Position numbers and translations under genes: made by a program. From assembly GCA_965242725.1 (NCBI GenBank), contig CBDESZ010000001.1, forward strand, positions 58,680 to 122,679: a stretch of DNA of 64,000 nucleotides. Direction: 5' to 3'. This DNA is from Alkalispirochaeta sp. (GTDB lineage Bacteria; Spirochaetota; Spirochaetia; DSM-27196; Alkalispirochaetaceae). Positions within the stretch are counted from its first letter, which is position 1. Every line of letters starts with the position of its first letter. The notes beneath the pieces are model-generated. The model saw only the letters and a list, made by a program, of their open reading frames with translations, searched no databases and was not told where the DNA came from. Positions 59,676 through 64,000 of the stretch are shown one piece after another.

Positions 59676-60958
59676 CACCCGCCGTCCTCCCCGGGTAAGT
59701 TCCGGAGCAGATCCGCGACGACGTAGGCCGGGTAGACATCGGACAGATGGGGCGCGAGGTTTTCGGGGAGGCCGTCCCGGGGTGTTCCTTCACTTTGGGA
59801 AAAAATAAAAAGGATGCGTTTCCGTTGTGCCGCGGGAAGTCCAAAAAAGAGCTTTGTCCGGTCGTCCGGGGAATATCCCACATAGACAAATCCCGTTCCG
59901 CCCCTGCCGGCACGGGGCAACAGCTCTTCCAGATCCTTGTCCGCTCCGATCGTAACACGGGCGAGAAGTTCCAGAATCATCCCAAGCTGTTCCGGACCCC
60001 GGCCCAGGGGTATGTAACGGAATGTACCTCCCGCTATTTTCCCGTTGGTGACAATTCCGATAGAGGCACCGCTTTCCATGTAGACCGAAGCAAGAGAAGC
60101 TATCACCTCGAGGGCTGTTTCAAATACCGCCGTTCCACCGTCACGTCGATACCCCCTCACATCCAGGACAAAGAGAACTTTCCGGTGAGATGTCGGTTCG
60201 AAGATCTTCTCCTGAAGAACACCAAGCCGGGCACTCGCTTTCCAGTGGATATGGCGGGCGGGACGATTGCCGCTATATTCCCTCGTTCCGGCGTACCAGG
60301 CGGGATCTTCAATAGGACCCTTGGCCGCATGGATTCCGAAGTACTCCTGAAACGAAGTGTCCGGCGTGATCATTGGCCGGACTCTCGGATATACGACGAC
60401 TTCGACCGCATCTGTTCCTTTGGAAGACGCCTCCGACAACCCCGGCGCGTCTCCGGCGTATACGACCGCCGGTCCTACGACGTATATCCCTCGCTGAGGT
60501 GCGCTGAAACTTTTGCGATACGCATAACCCTCGAAGGGATGTATGTATCGCGTCAATTCCAGTTTCCCCGTTTCCGGCGATGAGGAAGGGACAAGGCTCT
60601 CCCCCGCTCCGTTGAACCCGCTGAAGGAGAGGCATATCCGCGCCCGCAGCGGCAATATTCTTTTGTTATGAAGGGCAACCGTGACGGGCAGTTCCTCGCC
60701 GGGGAAAACCCTGACCTCTTCCACTGAGAGCGATATATCAAGTCCCCGTGCCGCCATACGTGCCCACAGACGCGTACCATGGGCGAGGAGAAGAACGGCA
60801 ACGGCGGTTCCCGCCAGGCCTGCGTCAGCTCGAACAAGTCCGATAAACAGGAAGAGCCAAAACAGGGCGACCACCAGTCCCACCGAGAGTATTGAGACCG
60901 ACGCTCCCCTCGCCCCGTCGTCGTCGCCCGTGGTGTCGGGAGTGTAATCTCCGCTCAT
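59675..60958 (-). CDS. DUF58-domain protein
   Basis: 'RGIYVVGP', 'VVVYP', 'REY..PARHIHWKASAR'. Confidence 0.9.
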   Translation of the reverse strand: MSGDYTPDTTGDDDGARGASVSILSVGLVVALFWLFLFIGLVRADAGLAGTAVAVLLLAHGTRLWARMAARGLDISLSVEEVRVFPGEELPVTVALHNKRILPLRARICLSFSGFNGAGESLVPSSSPETGKLELTRYIHPFEGYAYRKSFSAPQRGIYVVGPAVVYAGDAPGLSEASSKGTDAVEVVVYPRVRPMITPDTSFQEYFGIHAAKGPIEDPAWYAGTREYSGNRPARHIHWKASARLGVLQEKIFEPTSHRKVLFVLDVRGYRRDGGTAVFETALEVIASLASVYMESGASIGIVTNGKIAGGTFRYIPLGRGPEQLGMILELLARVTIGADKDLEELLPRAGRGGTGFVYVGYSPDDRTKLFFGLPAAQRKRILFIFSQSEGTPRDGLPENLAPHLSDVYPAYVVADLLRNLPGEDGG

Positions 60959-61894
60959 ACCTGCGGGACGGGGACAGCAATGGAGGAAATAACCTCATCC
61001 AGAACGGATCGTGCGTCGGCGCCGCGCGTTCGTTCATCGTGATGGAGGATAATGCGGTGTTCCAGAACCGGCAGGAGCAGTTCCTTGATATCGTCGGGCA
61101 CAACGTATGTTCGCCCCCTGATCAAGGCCAACGCCTGGGATGCTTTCATGAGCCCAAGAGAACCCCGGGGGCTCGCGCCGAAACGGACCTTCCTGTGAGT
61201 CCGCGTGGCCGCCACAATGTCGGCGATATAGCGTTTTACCACAGGGGAGATCATTATCTCCTTCCGCGCCTCCTGAAGAGCCACAATATCTTCAGGAGTC
61301 GCCACTGCGGCAAGCTCCATCAATGGTTCCCTCGATTGAAAACGGGTCAGAATCTCAACCCTCTTCCTCGGGCGACGGATACCCCAGATCGATACGCATC
61401 AGGAAGCGGTCGAGCTGCGCCTCCGGAAGGGGAAAGGTCCCGTCCATTTCTATGGGATTCTGCGTGGCGATGACAAAAAACGGCCTGGGCAGTACAATAG
61501 TCGACCCGTCCACCGTCACCTGGAACTCGCCCATGCTCTCCAGCAGACTCGCCTGTGTGCGGGGAATGGTCCGGTTAATCTCATCGGCCAGCAGCACATT
61601 GGTCATCACCGGCCCGTGGTGAAAGACAAACTCGCCGGCACGCTGATCGTACACGGAAAAACCCGTCACATCCGCCGGCAGGAGGTCGGGGGTAAACTGA
61701 ATCCGGCTGAAAGTACCACCGATACTCGCAGCGATCGCTTTTGCCATCAGCGTCTTTCCGAGCCCCGGCACATCTTCAAGGAGCATATGGCCTTCCGCCA
61801 GAACGGCGACAAGCATCAGCTCAAGGGCGGATCGTTTACCGACGACGACCCGCGCCGCGTTGTCCACAATGGCGATACAGGTGCTGTGATTCAT
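60955..61894 (-). pseudogene. MoxR-family AAA+ ATPase interrupted by +1 frameshift near 61360
   Basis: 'EDVPGLGKT', 'RIQFTPDLLPADV', 'DEINR', 'LPEAQLDRF' in one frame; 'GASPRG', 'PDDIK', 'HRI' in another; removing one G joins them. Confidence 0.88.
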
Positions 61895-61997
61895 GTGCCG
61901 CCATTGTATCGATCTCGATCTCCCGATTCCATAGACCGAACTTCGTTCCGGACAGGCGCGATGAGGATGCAAACCGGGTTGTGAAGAATTTTTTTTC

Positions 61998-62049
61998 TTG
62001 TAATAAAAAATATCAGTTGTCTATAATTCAGGGTAAATCATGCTATATT
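61998..62049 (+). promoter_or_regulatory. Candidate sigma70 promoter(s)
   Basis: TTGTAA-18-TATAAT and extended -10 TGCTATATT in AT-rich spacer. Confidence 0.5.
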
Positions 62050-62067
62050 TCAGAAGAGGGGTGTGGC

Positions 62068-62913
62068 ATGTCAGTGTATCGAAAAGCTGAACGTTGGCTG
62101 CCGTCTCTATTCCTGCAGTCTCTATTTCTGCCGGTGCTTTTTACCGCGGCTTTTTCAGGCTGTGTAAGTATCTATACCGCCGGACCCTTCGGGTACGAAG
62201 TACTCCCGGTTCCCCCGTTAGGCAACATTCCTGAAGATCGCGAATCTCCGGTCATCGGAGAAAGCAGTCTTCACCTTCACCTGAACCGTGCCAGCAGTTC
62301 CCTGATTACCGAGGATTACTCCCGGTTCGCCCAGGCCGGAATCGGACATACACTCTACCTCCCCCTCGGACGATTTCATCAGTTCATAGTCGCCGCATCC
62401 GGTTCCGGATGGTACGGGGAGGCATCTTTTGAACGTGAGAGAAAGGCCGCGACGAGCCGGAATTTAATCCCTGGTACCTATGCATTCTACGGGACGAGCG
62501 GACAGGGCAGCGCTTTTTATCGTTTCGGTTCAAAAGTCGCGCTTCGTCTGGGGATATCCACCCTGATCTCCTGGGAAGGAGGAGACTATTATTCTTTCAG
62601 AAAGGAAGTCGCCGCCATCCCGCGGGAGGAGACGGATGAATGGTACGTGAATCTTTCGCCCACGCCGTGGTCGCACAATTACCTCACCCAGATAGGACTG
62701 GATTTCAGACTCCCTGAAGATACGGTGGTCCTGTTCTATATCGACGGCGGCGTCGGCTTTCCAGAACTGGGTGCGGAGGAAGAAAAATACATCCCCCTCT
62801 CCGGCTACACCCTGCTGGTCAGGCAAAGGCGAATTTCCGTGTATGGAAGCCACCGGATTATGTCGCTCCTGAATAACAGCATCAATGTGGGAATCATTTT
62901 TCACCTTTTTTAG
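62068..62913 (+). CDS. Hypothetical lipoprotein, beta-strand rich
   Basis: Lipobox 'AFSGC'; C-terminus 'INVGIIFHLF'; SD GAGGGG. Confidence 0.65.
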   Translation: MSVYRKAERWLPSLFLQSLFLPVLFTAAFSGCVSIYTAGPFGYEVLPVPPLGNIPEDRESPVIGESSLHLHLNRASSSLITEDYSRFAQAGIGHTLYLPLGRFHQFIVAASGSGWYGEASFERERKAATSRNLIPGTYAFYGTSGQGSAFYRFGSKVALRLGISTLISWEGGDYYSFRKEVAAIPREETDEWYVNLSPTPWSHNYLTQIGLDFRLPEDTVVLFYIDGGVGFPELGAEEEKYIPLSGYTLLVRQRRISVYGSHRIMSLLNNSINVGIIFHLF

Positions 62914-62940
62914 GACGGCGAAGAACCGACACCGCAGACA

Positions 62941-63998
62941 CTACCCGTCCGCCTCTTCCCGCAGAAACTCCCGGTCGAGACAGTCGATGAGCGTGCGAAC
63001 ACCGTCGGGATTGAGGGCGTAGTAAAACCGGCGCCCCTCGGCGAGGTCCAGGCGTACGAGGTGAGCGCCCAACAGCTTGTCCAGATGGTAGGAAATCGTG
63101 GCGGCGGAGATGCCGAGTTCATCGGCGATCTCCTTTCCGTAGCTCGGCCGGTGCCGGAGCAGGCGCAGAATGGCGAGACGTTTGGGGTCCGAGAGCGCCT
63201 TTACCAGTTCGTCCGTCCGCTCCGCCAGCCGCCCCGGCGCGAGCTCGACATCGAGGATGTGGTCGAGGAATGCGGTGCCCATGACGGCGTACGCCGTTTC
63301 CTGAAGCATCATGCTGTGCTCGGCGCCGGCAAGATGGACGGGAAAGATTTCGATGGTATCCCGCACCGACAGGAGCGTCTCGTAGTTGCCGCCGGACAAC
63401 GCGTCCAGGGTCCTGACCGGATCGCTCTCGATTCGTTGTCGGAGCCGTTCGATTCTGCCCTCCACCTCCTCGCGGACGCGCCGGGCGTTCGGTGAGAGGT
63501 AGCGACGGTGAAACCATTCAAGGACGTCCGCCATTTTGGTTCGAAACTGCGTCGGAGCCTGAAGCAATGCGACAAGCCGCGTCGCTTCCTCGCGAAAGGG
63601 CATGCGCTCACTGGCGCGATCAATTTCGAGGGCGTTCTCGATGATGTCGACGTTGATCCACCCGTCGGTTGCCTGGTCGATTTGCAACAGTTCCCGAAAG
63701 TGGTTCAGAAAGACCGAATCGTCGATGGACCTGAGATAGCCCACAAGCGACGCCGGTTCGTGATACCCGTCGCGGACAATCCCGTAAAAAAGCAGCAGCA
63801 TGACCGTCGGCGTCGAGAAGACAAGCTCAAGATCGGCCCGCGTTCAAAGGGGGTCATCTCGTCCTGGACGCGCTTTCGCCACTCCACCACGTCGGAGGGA
63901 AGGGACAATTCAGCGCTTATCTTGTTTTGATGCGCCCGCATCGCTGAAGACGAGGTGGCGACGGCAGCCGCCAGCTCAAGAGCCGGATAGTAGGCGAT
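62941..63998 (-). pseudogene. Regulator with C-terminal ArsR-type HTH; frameshift near 63840; 5' end outside window
   Basis: 'KALSDPKRLAILRLL..YGKEIADELGISAATISYHL'; upstream coding frame (IAYYPALELAAA...TPFER) is out of frame with ADLELVF. Confidence 0.75.
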
Positions 63999-64000
63999 TG

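Noticed and set aside
1..64000. CRISPR arrays, tRNA/rRNA, transposases, integrases, phage or defence genes
   Set aside because: None recognised by eye; intergenic gaps are all short. tRNAscan/Infernal not run

Overview
GC-rich (roughly 60%, by eye) chromosomal window, very probably from a free-living spirochaete (Spirochaetaceae). Evidence: long spirochaete-type MCPs, CheX, an 'FASGxQE' solute-binding N-terminus, an Msp-like outer-membrane barrel and D/E-rich secreted proteins. Contents in order: LacI regulator (partial), aldo/keto reductase, recQ, MCP, Cache-PAS-GGDEF cyclase; a second chemosensory cluster (STAS-cheA-cheR-cheB, mcp-cheW) with no cheY or cheD, carrying two near-consensus sigma54 promoters that share a GGGAC-N4-GTCCC palindrome and lying next to a PAS kinase/NtrC-family pair; aminotransferase; CpdB-like nucleotidase; TetR-controlled ABC-2 exporter; deleted and frameshifted MCP; TPR protein and porin; a degenerate flavoprotein plus pseudo-receiver OmpR pair; TetR-controlled RND pump; DinB, DUF4256, UPF0126, cheX; three large surface proteins; betC; an IclR-TRAP-two-sulfatase-two-DapA-fold catabolic operon; MoxR-DUF58-DUF4129; a lipoprotein; ArsR-type regulator (partial). 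Three genes carry small frameshifts (real decay or assembly error). Several genes look leaderless. No rRNA, tRNA, CRISPR array, transposase or phage gene was recognised. All family calls come from motif recognition by eye, not database searches.
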